The position numbers were made by a program, and so were the translations under genes. From positions 39,379-90,575 of the forward strand of contig NIVC01003572.1 in assembly GCA_002269645.1 (NCBI GenBank): 51,197 nt of DNA, given 5' to 3'. Positions within the stretch are counted from its first letter, which is position 1. Every line of letters begins with the position of its first letter. Below are positions 38,833-51,197 of the stretch, piece by piece. The notes beneath the pieces are model-generated. The model was not told the origin of the DNA. It was given only the letters and a program-made list of their open reading frames with translations, and did not search any database. The DNA comes from Macrostomum lignano. Taxonomy: Eukaryota.

Positions 38833-39011
38833 GGGCTGTCCCAACAATTCCAGCATAGCCAGTGTGGATAGGGCTGTCCCAACAATTCCACCATAGCCAG
38901 TGTGGATAGGGCTGTCCCAACAATTCCACCATAGCCAGTGTGGATAGGGCTGTCCCAACAATTCCACCATAGCCAGTGTGGATGGGGCTGTCCCAACAAT
39001 TCCAGCATAGC
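38833..39011. repeat. 38 bp minisatellite, ~4.7 copies
   Basis: GGGCTGTCCCAACAATTCCA(G/C)CATAGCCAGTGTGGATA at 38833, 38871, 38909, 38947, 38985. Confidence 0.95.
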
Positions 39012-39165
39012 TTGAAAAAGAATATATACAAATACTATAAAAAGCAAATGCTAGAGCTCTACCGCGGTCATTGCACCGGATTTTATTAGAAAAAGACTGC
39101 AAAAAAAAATGCGTCCTCTGAATAATATTCCAGTGAAGCGCACAACATTTGATCGGCTTCTCGAT

Positions 39166-39383
39166 TCAGAAACTTAAAAAATAACCAGCTCTGCCAGAAA
39201 ACTCATCAATTAACTGACTGCCGGCACGGATAGCGGCTGCTGCTGCTGCTGCTGCTGCTGAGGCTTGTGAGCAGCAAGTGAACCAAATGACGGATGCAGC
39301 GGCGAGATCAGAATGCTCGCTGCTGATCGTTAAAGCGCATTCTTGTCTCTTAGGCATGTCGCTGGCGTTGCTGACTTCAGAAG
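39166..39383 (-). CDS. Candidate terminal coding exon (diverged last module of the 635 bp array)
   Basis: Same acceptor (39386-39384) and first ~55 codons as the array exon, then diverges to LIDEFSGRAGYFLSF* (TGA 39168-39166); AATAAA at 39087-39082 on minus. Confidence 0.45.
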
Positions 39384-42300
39384 CTGCGAGGAAAAGAAAT
39401 CAATTAAGATAGGCTTGCTTTAGTAATCATTAATACGCTATAAAGGAACCCTTTAATAGAACGTGTTCAACTAATGCTGGGTCTGTTTTGAAAAGTCAGA
39501 ACTCAGAAGTAGTCGCGATTAGAATCAGTATTGTCCCAGTAAGTGCGACCCAACAAATGCTGTTCAAAAATAGGCCTGGCTGCAATGTCCCAATAAATGC
39601 CCAACAAATTACTAGCCTTGAGCTAGGCTGGGCTGTGTTTACTATTCATTGCGTTTGTAGCTTGTGTCCCAACAATGCCACTGAGATTGTTGCATTGCTT
39701 TTGAATTGTGCTCTACCAGGTAACACAAGTACTCTGGTGTACAATACTTCTACAGCAGATAATACTCACCCAAAACAGATCGTCTCTTTCTCTTTAATCC
39801 TGTGCCAGACGGGTTTTCTTCAGATCCACCAGAAAATTCACAAATAGACTGACTGCCTGCACGGATAGCGGCTGCTGCTGCTGCTGCTGCTGCTGCGGCT
39901 TGTGAGCAGCAAGTGAACCAAATGACGGATGCAGCGGCGAGATCAGAATGCTCGCTGCTGATCGTTAAAGCGCATTCTTGTCTCTTAGGCATGTCGCTGG
40001 CGTTGCTGACTTCAGAAGCTGCGAGGAAAAGAAATCAATTAAGATAGGCTTGCTTTAGTAATCATTAATACGCTATAAAGGAACCCTTTAATAGAACGTG
40101 TTCAACTAATGCTGGGTCTGTTTTGAAAAGTCAGAACTCAGAAGTAGTCGCGATTAGAATCAGTATTGTCCCAATAAGTGCGACCCAACAAATGCTGTTC
40201 AAAAAATAGGCCTGGCTGCAATGTCCCAATAAATGCCCAACAAATTACTAGCCTTGAGCTAGGCTGGGCTGTGTTTACTATTCATTGCGTTTGTAGCTTG
40301 TGTCCCAACAATGCCACTGAGATTGTTGCATTGCTTTTGAATTGTGCTCTACCAGGTAACACAAGTACTCTGGTGTACAATACTTCTACAGCAGATAATA
40401 CTCACCCAAAACAGATCGTCTCTTTCTCTTTAATCCTGTGCCAGACGGGTTTTCTTCAGATCCACCAGAAAATTCACAAATAGACTGACTGCCTGCACGG
40501 ATAGCGGCTGCTGCTGCTGCTGCTGCTGCTGCGGCTTGTGAGCAGCAAGTGAACCAAATGACGGATGCAGCGGCGAGATCAGAATGCTCGCTGCTGATCG
40601 TTAAAGCGCATTCTTGTCTCTTAGGCATGTCGCTGGCGTTGCTGACTTCAGAAGCTGCGAGGAAAAGAAATCAATTAAGATAGGCTTGCTTTAGTAATCA
40701 TTAATAGGCTATAAAGGAACCCTTTAATAGAACGTGTTCAACTAATGCTGGGTCTGTTTTGAAAAGTCAGAACTCAGAAGTAGTCGCGATTAGAATCAGT
40801 ATTGTCCCAATAAGTGCGACCCAACAAATGCTGTTCAAAAATAGGCCTGGCTGCAATGTCCCAATAAATGCCCAACAAATTACTAGCCTTGAGCTAGGCT
40901 GGGCTGTGTTTACTATTCATTGCGTTTGTAGCTTGTGTCCCAACAATGCCACTGAGATTGTTGCATTGCTTTTGAATTGTGCTCTACCAGGTAACACAAG
41001 TACTCTGGTGTACAATACTTCTACAGCAGATAATACTCACCCAAAACAGATCGTCTCTTTCTCTTTAATCCTGTGCCAGACGGGTTTTCTTCAGATCCAC
41101 CAGAAAATTCACAATAGACTGACTGCCTGCACGGATAGCGGCTGCTGCTGCTGCTGCTGCTGCTGCGGCTTGTGAGCAGCAAGTGAACCAAATGACGGAT
41201 GCAGCGGCGAGATCAGAATGCTCGCTGCTGATCGTTAAAGCGCATTCTTGTCTCTTAGGCATGTCGCTGGCGTTGCTGACTTCAGAAGCTGCGAGGAAAA
41301 GAAATCAATTAAGATAGGCTTGCTTTAGTAATCATTAATAGGCTATAAAGGAACCCTTTAATAGAACGTGTTCAACTAATGCTGGGTCTGTTTTGAAAAG
41401 TCAGAACTCAGAAGTAGTCGCGATTAGAATCAGTATTGTCCCAATAAGTGCGACCCAACAAATGCTGTTCAAAAATAGGCCTGGCTGCAATGTCCCAATA
41501 AATGCCCAACAAATTACTAGCCTTGAGCTAGGCTGGGCTGTGTTTACTATTCATTGCGTTTGTAGCTTGTGTCCCAACAATGCCACTGAGATTGTTGCAT
41601 TGCTTTTGAATTGTGCTCTACCAGGTAACACAAGTACTCTGGTGTACAATACTTCTACAGCAGATAATACTCACCCAAAACAGATCGTCTCTTTCTCTTT
41701 AATCCTGTGCCAGACGGGTTTTCTTCAGATCCACCAGAAAATTCACAAATAGACTGACTGCCTGCACGGATAGCGGCTGCTGCTGCTGCTGCTGCTGCTG
41801 CGGCTTGTGAGCAGCAAGTGAACCAAATGACGGATGCAGCGGCGAGATCAGAATGCTCGCTGCTGATCGTTAAAGCGCATTCTTGTCTCTTAGGCATGTC
41901 GCTGGCGTTGCTGACTTCAGAAGCTGCGAGGAAAAGAAATCAATTAAGATAGGCTTGCTTTAGTAATCATTAATAGGCTATAAAGGAACCCTTTAATAGA
42001 ACGTGTTCAACTAATGCTGGGTCTGTTTTGAAAAGTCAGAACTCAGAAGTAGTCGCGATTAGAATCAGTATTGTCCCAATAAGTGCGACCCAACAAATGC
42101 TGTTCAAAAAATAGGCCTGGCTGCAATGTCCCAATAAATGCCCAACAAATTACTAGCCTTGAGCTAGGCTGGGCTGTGTTTACTATTCATTGCGTTTGTA
42201 GCTTGTGTCCCAACAATGCCACTGAGATTGTTGCATTGCTTTTGAATTGTGCTCTACCAGGTAACACAAGTACTCTGGTGTACAATACTTCTACAGCAGA

Positions 42301-45300
42301 TAATACTCACCCAAAACAGATCGTCTCTTTCTCTTTAATCCTGTGCCAGACGGGTTTTCTTCAGATCCACCAGAAAATTCACAAATAGACTGACTGCCTG
42401 CACGGATAGCGGCTGCTGCTGCTGCTGCTGCTGCTGCGGCTTGTGAGCAGCAAGTGAACCAAATGACGGATGCAGCGGCGAGATCAGAATGCTCGCTGCT
42501 GATCGTTAAAGCGCATTCTTGTCTCTTAGGCATGTCGCTGGCGTTGCTGACTTCAGAAGCTGCGAGGAAAAGAAATCAATTAAGATAGGCTTGCTTTAGT
42601 AATCATTAATAGGCTATAAAGGAACCCTTTAATAGAACGTGTTCAACTAATGCTGGGTCTGTTTTGAAAAGTCAGAACTCAGAAGTAGTCGCGATTAGAA
42701 TCAGTATTGTCCCAATAAGTGCGACCCAACAAATGCTGTTCAAAAATAGGCCTGGCTGCAATGTCCCAATAAATGCCCAACAAATTACTAGCCTTGAGCT
42801 AGGCTGGGCTGTGTTTACTATTCATTGCGTTTGTAGCTTGTGTCCCAACAATGCCACTGAGATTGTTGCATTGCTTTTGAATTGTGCTCTACCAGGTAAC
42901 ACAAGTACTCTGGTGTACAATACTTCTACAGCAGATAATACTCACCCAAAACAGATCGTCTCTTTCTCTTTAATCCTGTGCCAGACGGGTTTTCTTCAGA
43001 TCCACCAGAAAATTCACAAATAGACTGACTGCCTGCACGGATAGCGGCTGCTGCTGCTGCTGCTGCTGCTGCGGCTTGTGAGCAGCAAGTGAACCAAATG
43101 ACGGATGCAGCGGCGAGATCAGAATGCTCGCTGCTGATCGTTAAAGCGCATTCTTGTCTCTTAGGCATGTCGCTGGCGTTGCTGACTTCAGAAGCTGCGA
43201 GGAAAAGAAATCAATTAAGATAGGCTTGCTTTAGTAATCATTAATAGGCTATAAAGGAACCCTTTAATAGAACGTGTTCAACTAATGCTGGGTCTGTTTT
43301 GAAAAGTCAGAACTCAGAAGTAGTCGCGATTAGAATCAGTATTGTCCCAATAAGTGCGACCCAACAAATGCTGTTCAAAAATAGGCCTGGCTGCAATGTC
43401 CCAATAAATGCCCAACAAATTACTAGCCTTGAGCTAGGCTGGGCTGTGTTTACTATTCATTGCGTTTGTAGCTTGTGTCCCAACAATGCCACTGAGATTG
43501 TTGCATTGCTTTTGAATTGTGCTCTACCAGTAACACAAGTACTCTGGTGTACAATACTTCTACAGCAGATAATACTCACCCAAAACAGATCGTCTCTTTC
43601 TCTTTAATCCTGTGCCAGACGGGTTTTCTTCAGATCCACCAGAAAATTCACAAATAGACTGACTGCCTGCACGGATAGCGGCTGCTGCTGCTGCTGCTGC
43701 TGCTGCGGCTTGTGAGCAGCAAGTGAACCAAATGACGGATGCAGCGGCGAGATCAGAATGCTCGCTGCTGATCGTTAAAGCGCATTCTTGTCTCTTAGGC
43801 ATGTCGCTGGCGTTGCTGACTTCAGAAGCTGCGAGGAAAAGAAATCAATTAAGATAGGCTTGCTTTAGTAATCATTAATAGGCTATAAAGGAACCCTTTA
43901 ATAGAACGTGTTCAACTAATGCTGGGTCTGTTTTGAAAAGTCAGAACTCAGAAGTAGTCGCGATTAGAATCAGTATTGTCCCAATAAGTGCGACCCAACA
44001 AATGCTGTTCAAAAAATAGGCCTGGCTGCAATGTCCCAATAAATGCCCAACAAATTACTAGCCTTGAGCTAGGCTGGGCTGTGTTTACTATTCATTGCGT
44101 TTGTAGCTTGTGTCCCAACAATGCCACTGAGATTGTTGCATTGCTTTTGAATTGTGCTCTACCAGGTAACACAAGTACTCTGGTGTACAATACTTCTACA
44201 GCAGATAATACTCACCCAAAACAGATCGTCTCTTTCTCTTTAATCCTGTGCCGACGGGTTTTCTTCAGATCCACCAGAAAATTCACAAATAGACTGACTG
44301 CCTGCACGGATAGCGGCTGCTGCTGCTGCTGCTGCTGCTGCGGCTTGTGAGCAGCAAGTGAACCAAATGACGGATGCAGCGGCGAGATCAGAATGCTCGC
44401 TGCTGATCGTTAAAGCGCATTCTTGTCTCTTAGGCATGTCGCTGGCGTTGCTGACTTCAGAAGCTGCGAGGAAAAGAAATCAATTAAGATAGGCTTGCTT
44501 TAGTAATCATTAATAGGCTATAAAGGAACCCTTTAATAGAACGTGTTCAACTAATGCTGGGTCTGTTTTGAAAAGTCAGAACTCAGAAGTAGTCGCGATT
44601 AGAATCAGTATTGTCCCAATAAGTGCGACCCAACAAATGCTGTTCAAAAAATAGGCCTGGCTGCAATGTCCCAATAAATGCCCAACAAATTACTAGCCTT
44701 GAGCTAGGCTGGGCTGTGTTTACTATTCATTGCGTTTGTAGCTTGTGTCCCAACAATGCCACTGAGATTGTTGCATTGCTTTTGAATTGTGCTCTACCAG
44801 GTAACACAAGTACTCTGGTGTACAATACTTCTACAGCAGATAATACTCACCCAAAACAGATCGTCTCTTTCTCTTTAATCCTGTGCCAGACGGGTTTTCT
44901 TCAGATCCACCAGAAAATTCACAAATAGACTGACTGCCTGCACGGATAGCGGCTGCTGCTGCTGCTGCTGCTGCTGCGGCTTGTGAGCAGCAAGTGAACC
45001 AAATGACGGATGCAGCGGCGAGATCAGAATGCTCGCTGCTGATCGTTAAAGCGCATTCTTGTCTCTTAGGCATGTCGCTGGCGTTGCTGACTTCAGAAGC
45101 TGCGAGGAAAAGAAATCAATTAAGATAGGCTTGCTTTAGTAATCATTAATAGGCTATAAAGGAACCCTTTAATAGAACGTGTTCAACTAATGCTGGGTCT
45201 GTTTTGAAAAGTCAGAACTCAGAAGTAGTCGCGATTAGAATCAGTATTGTCCCAATAAGTGCGACCCAACAAATGCTGTTCAAAAAATAGGCCTGGCTGC

Positions 45301-48300
45301 AATGTCCCAATAAATGCCCAACAAATTACTAGCCTTGAGCTAGGCTGGGCTGTGTTTACTATTCATTGCGTTTGTAGCTTGTGTCCCAACAATGCCACTG
45401 AGATTGTTGCATTGCTTTTGAATTGTGCTCTACCAGGTAACACAAGTACTCTGGTGTACAATACTTCTACAGCAGATAATACTCACCCAAAACAGATCGT
45501 CTCTTTCTCTTTAATCCTGTGCCGACGGGTTTTCTTCAGATCCACCAGAAAATTCACAAATAGACTGACTGCCTGCACGGATAGCGGCTGCTGCTGCTGC
45601 TGCTGCTGCTGCGGCTTGTGAGCAGCAAGTGAACCAAATGACGGATGCAGCGGCGAGATCAGAATGCTCGCTGCTGATCGTTAAAGCGCATTCTTGTCTC
45701 TTAGGCATGTCGCTGGCGTTGCTGACTTCAGAAGCTGCGAGGAAAAGAAATCAATTAAGATAGGCTTGCTTTAGTAATCATTAATAGGCTATAAAGGAAC
45801 CCTTTAATAGAACGTGTTCAACTAATGCTGGGTCTGTTTTGAAAAGTCAGAACTCAGAAGTAGTCGCGATTAGAATCAGTATTGTCCCAATAAGTGCGAC
45901 CCAACAAATGCTGTTCAAAAATAGGCCTGGCTGCAATGTCCCAATAAATGCCCAACAAATTACTAGCCTTGAGCTAGGCTGGGCTGTGTTTACTATTCAT
46001 TGCGTTTGTAGCTTGTGTCCCAACAATGCCACTGAGATTGTTGCATTGCTTTTGAATTGTGCTCTACCAGGTAACACAAGTACTCTGGTGTACAATACTT
46101 CTACAGCAGATAATACTCACCCAAAACAGATCGTCTCTTTCTCTTTAATCCTGTGCCGACGGGTTTTCTTCAGATCCACCAGAAAATTCACAAATAGACT
46201 GACTGCCTGCACGGATAGCGGCTGCTGCTGCTGCTGCTGCTGCTGCGGCTTGTGAGCAGCAAGTGAACCAAATGACGGATGCAGCGGCGAGATCAGAATG
46301 CTCGCTGCTGATCGTTAAAGCGCATTCTTGTCTCTTAGGCATGTCGCTGGCGTTGCTGACTTCAGAAGCTGCGAGGAAAAGAAATCAATTAAGATAGGCT
46401 TGCTTTAGTAATCATTAATAGGCTATAAAGGAACCCTTTAATAGAACGTGTTCAACTAATGCTGGGTCTGTTTTGAAAAGTCAGAACTCAGAAGTAGTCG
46501 CGATTAGAATCAGTATTGTCCCAATAAGTGCGACCCAACAAATGCTGTTCAAAAAATAGGCCTGGCTGCAATGTCCCAATAAATGCCCAACAAATTACTA
46601 GCCTTGAGCTAGGCTGGGCTGTGTTTACTATTCATTGCGTTTGTAGCTTGTGTCCCAACAATGCCACTGAGATTGTTGCATTGCTTTTGAATTGTGCTCT
46701 ACCAGGTAACACAAGTACTCTGGTGTACAATACTTCTACAGCAGATAATACTCACCCAAAACAGATCGTCTCTTTCTCTTTAATCCTGTGCCGACGGGTT
46801 TTCTTCAGATCCACCAGAAAATTCACAAATAGACTGACTGCCTGCACGGATAGCGGCTGCTGCTGCTGCTGCTGCTGCTGCGGCTTGTGAGCAGCAAGTG
46901 AACCAAATGACGGATGCAGCGGCGAGATCAGAATGCTCGCTGCTGATCGTTAAAGCGCATTCTTGTCTCTTAGGCATGTCGCTGGCGTTGCTGACTTCAG
47001 AAGCTGCGAGGAAAAGAAATCAATTAAGATAGGCTTGCTTTAGTAATCATTAATAGCTATAAAGGAACCCTTTAATAGAACGTGTTCAACTAATGCTGGG
47101 TCTGTTTTGAAAAGTCAGAACTCAGAAGTAGTCGCGATTAGAATCAGTATTGTCCCAATAAGTGCGACCCAACAAATGCTGTTCAAAAAATAGGCCTGGC
47201 TGCAATGTCCCAATAAATGCCCAACAAATTACTAGCCTTGAGCTAGGCTGGGCTGTGTTTACTATTCATTGCGTTTGTAGCTTGTGTCCCAACAATGCCA
47301 CTGAGATTGTTGCATTGCTTTTGAATTGTGCTCTACCAGGTAACACAAGTACTCTGGTGTACAATACTTCTACAGCAGATAATACTCACCCAAAACAGAT
47401 CGTCTCTTTCTCTTTAATCCTGTGCCAGACGGGTTTTCTTCAGATCCACCAGAAAATTCACAAATAGACTGACTGCCTGCACGGATAGCGGCTGCTGCTG
47501 CTGCTGCTGCTGCTGCGGCTTGTGAGCAGCAAGTGAACCAAATGACGGATGCAGCGGCGAGATCAGAATGCTCGCTGCTGATCGTTAAAGCGCATTCTTG
47601 TCTCTTAGGCATGTCGCTGGCGTTGCTGACTTCAGAAGCTGCGAGGAAAAGAAATCAATTAAGATAGGCTTGCTTTAGTAATCATTAATAGGCTATAAAG
47701 GAACCCTTTAATAGAACGTGTTCAACTAATGCTGGGTCTGTTTTGAAAAGTCAGAACTCAGAAGTAGTCGCGATTAGAATCAGTATTGTCCCAATAAGTG
47801 CGACCCAACAAATGCTGTTCAAAAATAGGCCTGGCTGCAATGTCCCAATAAATGCCCAACAAATTACTAGCCTTGAGCTAGGCTGGGCTGTGTTTACTAT
47901 TCATTGCGTTTGTAGCTTGTGTCCCAACAATGCCACTGAGATTGTTGCATTGCTTTTGAATTGTGCTCTACCAGGTAACACAAGTACTCTGGTGTACAAT
48001 ACTTCTACAGCAGATAATACTCACCCAAAACAGATCGTCTCTTTCTCTTTAATCCTGTGCCAGACGGGTTTTCTTCAGATCCACCAGAAAATTCACAAAT
48101 AGACTGACTGCCTGCACGGATAGCGGCTGCTGCTGCTGCTGCTGCTGCTGCGGCTTGTGAGCAGCAAGTGAACCAAATGACGGATGCAGCGGCGAGATCA
48201 GAATGCTCGCTGCTGATCGTTAAAGCGCATTCTTGTCTCTTAGGCATGTCGCTGGCGTTGCTGACTTCAGAAGCTGCGAGGAAAAGAAATCAATTAAGAT

Positions 48301-51197
48301 AGGCTTGCTTTAGTAATCATTAATAGGCTATAAAGGAACCCTTTAATAGAACGTGTTCAACTAATGCTGGGTCTGTTTTGAAAAGTCAGAACTCAGAAGT
48401 AGTCGCGATTAGAATCAGTATTGTCCCAATAAGTGCGACCCAACAAATGCTGTTCAAAAATAGGCCTGGCTGCAATGTCCCAATAAATGCCCAACAAATT
48501 ACTAGCCTTGAGCTAGGCTGGGCTGTGTTTACTATTCATTGCGTTTGTAGCTTGTGTCCCAACAATGCCACTGAGATTGTTGCATTGCTTTTGAATTGTG
48601 CTCTACCAGGTAACACAAGTACTCTGGTGTACAATACTTCTACAGCAGATAATACTCACCCAAAACAGATCGTCTCTTTCTCTTTAATCCTGTGCCAGAC
48701 GGGTTTTCTTCAGATCCACCAGAAAATTCACAAATAGACTGACTGCCTGCACGGATAGCGGCTGCTGCTGCTGCTGCTGCTGCTGCGGCTTGTGAGCAGC
48801 AAGTGAACCAAATGACGGATGCAGCGGCGAGATCAGAATGCTCGCTGCTGATCGTTAAAGCGCATTCTTGTCTCTTAGGCATGTCGCTGGCGTTGCTGAC
48901 TTCAGAAGCTGCGAGGAAAAGAAATCAATTAAGATAGGCTTGCTTTAGTAATCATTAATAGGCTATAAAGGAACCCTTTAATAGAACGTGTTCAACTAAT
49001 GCTGGGTCTGTTTTGAAAAGTCAGAACTCAGAAGTAGTCGCGATTAGAATCAGTATTGTCCCAATAAGTGCGACCCAACAAATGCTGTTCAAAAATAGGC
49101 CTGGCTGCAATGTCCCAATAAATGCCCAACAAATTACTAGCCTTGAGCTAGGCTGGGCTGTGTTTACTATTCATTGCGTTTGTAGCTTGTGTCCCAACAA
49201 TGCCACTGAGATTGTTGCATTGCTTTTGAATTGTGCTCTACCAGGTAACACAAGTACTCTGGTGTACAATACTTCTACAGCAGATAATACTCACCCAAAA
49301 CAGATCGTCTCTTTCTCTTTAATCCTGTGCCGACGGGTTTTCTTCAGATCCACCAGAAAATTCACAAATAGACTGACTGCCTGCACGGATAGCGGCTGCT
49401 GCTGCTGCTGCTGCTGCTGCGGCTTGTGAGCAGCAAGTGAACCAAATGACGGATGCAGCGGCGAGATCAGAATGCTCGCTGCTGATCGTTAAAGCGCATT
49501 CTTGTCTCTTAGGCATGTCGCTGGCGTTGCTGACTTCAGAAGCTGCGAGGAAAAGAAATCAATTAAGATAGGCTTGCTTTAGTAATCATTAATAGGCTAT
49601 AAAGGAACCCTTTAATAGAACGTGTTCAACTAATGCTGGGTCTGTTTTGAAAAGTCAGAACTCAGAAGTAGTCGCGATTAGAATCAGTATTGTCCCAATA
49701 AGTGCGACCCAACAAATGCTGTTCAAAAATAGGCCTGGCTGCAATGTCCCAATAAATGCCCAACAAATTACTAGCCTTGAGCTAGGCTGGGCTGTGTTTA
49801 CTATTCATTGCGTTTGTAGCTTGTGTCCCAACAATGCCACTGAGATTGTTGCATTGCTTTTGAATTGTGCTCTACCAGTAACACAAGTACTCTGGTGTAC
49901 AATACTTCTACAGCAGATAATACTCACCCAAAACAGATCGTCTCTTTCTCTTTAATCCTGTGCCGACGGGTTTTCTTCAGATCCACCAGAAAATTCACAA
50001 ATAGACTGACTGCCTGCACGGATAGCGGCTGCTGCTGCTGCTGCTGCTGCGGCTTGTGAGCAGCAAGTGAACCAAATGACGGATGCAGCGGCGAGATCAG
50101 AATGCTCGCTGCTGATCGTTAAAGCGCATTCTTGTCTCTTAGGCATGTCGCTGGCGTTGCTGACTTCAGAATCTGCGAGGAAAAGAAATCAATTAAGATA
50201 GGCTTGCTTTAGTAATCATTAATAGCTATAAAGGAACCCTTTAATAGAACGTGTTCAACTAATGCTGGGTCTGTTTTGAAAAGTCAGAACTCAGAAGTAG
50301 TCGCGATTAGAATCAGTATTGTCCCAATAAGTGCGACCCAACAAATGCTGTTCAAAAAAGGCCTGGCTGCAATGTCCCAATAAATGCCCAACAAATTACT
50401 AGCCTTGAGCTAGGCTGGGCTGTGTTTACTATTCATTGCGTTTGTAGCTTGTGTCCCAACAATGCCACTGAGATTGTTGCATTGCTTTTGAATTGTGCTC
50501 TACCAGGTAACACAAGTACTCTGGTGTACAATACTTCTACAGCAGATAATACTCACCCAAAACAGATCGTCTCTTTCTCTTTAATCCTGTGCCGACGGGT
50601 TTTCTTCAGATCCACCAGAAAATTCACAAATAGACTGACTGCCTGCACGGATAGCGGCTGCTGCTGCTGCTGCTGCTGCGCGGCTTGTGAGCAGCAAGTG
50701 AACCAAATGACGGATGCAGCGGCGAGATCAGAATGCTCGCTGCTGATCGTTAAAGCGCATTCTTGTCTCTTAGGCATGTCGCTGGCGTGCTGACTTCAGA
50801 AGCTGCGAGGAAAAGAAATCAAAATAATTAAGATAGCTTGCTTTAGTAATCATTAATACGCTATAAACCCTTTAATAGAACGTGTTCAACTAATGCTGGG
50901 TCTGTTTTGAAAAGTCAGAACTCAGAAGTAGTCGCGATTAGAATCAGTATTGTCCCAATAAGTGCGACCCAACAAATGCTGTTCAAAAATAGGCCTGGCT
51001 GCAATGTCCCAATAAATGCCCAACAAATTACTAGCCTTGAGCTAGGCTGGGCTGTGTTTACTATTCATTGCGTTTGTAGCTTGTGTCCCAAACAATGCCA
51101 CTGAGATTGTTGCATTGCTTTTGAATTGTGCTCTACCAGTAAACACAAGTACTCTGGTGTACAATACTTCTACAGCAGATAATACTCACCCAAAAAG
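39196..51197. repeat. 635 bp tandem array, ~19 near-identical units, running off the window end
   Basis: ORF-track period 634-636 bp (e.g. 39992, 40628, 41262, 41897); each unit has a (GCT)8 tract. Confidence 0.98.
39770..40018 (-). CDS. Representative 249 nt phase 1-1 exon candidate of the array (18 internal copies, 10 frame-intact)
   Basis: Acceptor ttgatttcttttcctcgCAG (40021-40019); donor TTGG|GTGAGT (39769); 83 codons; only the phase-1 frame is open: (A)SEVSNASDMPKRQECAL...AAAA...SGTGLKRKRRSVL. Confidence 0.5.

Noticed and set aside
39488-51104. Plus-strand MKSQNSEV/MRPNK ORFs in each 635 bp unit
   Set aside because: TTG/GTG starts, frame changes with the A5/A6 variant, and no plus-strand splice support; the minus-strand exon explains the unit better.

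Overview
Eukaryotic (metazoan-like, TTAGGG telomere motif), repeat-dominated window with four layers. (1) A spliced minus-strand gene the ORF track mostly misses: signal peptide plus phase 1-1 EGF/EB-like exons at 7251-7566 and 6114-6242, and possibly 1338-1502. A 4.2 kb GATCAC satellite lies in the intron downstream of the 6114-6242 exon. (2) An ~8.6 kb tandem segmental duplication (6301-14895 vs 14957-23384 plus 37769-38215) that copies only the 5' part of that gene. (3) A 14.4 kb insertion (23385-37768) present in copy 2 and absent at the paralogous site in copy 1. It is a head-to-tail chain of non-autonomous Helitron-like units (minus strand; 5'-TC, hairpin, CTAG-3'; exact CTAG|TC junctions), each with a tRNA-Ser(GCU)-like Pol III cassette beside a minisatellite array, three array types in all. 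(4) An ~19-copy 635 bp tandem array (39196 to window end). Each unit holds a 249 nt symmetric exon candidate encoding an 83 aa module with an RKRR site, followed by a diverged terminal exon candidate with stop and AATAAA. Most ORF-track entries are translations of tandem repeats. All coordinates were read by eye, no searches or alignments were run, and array edges are approximate.
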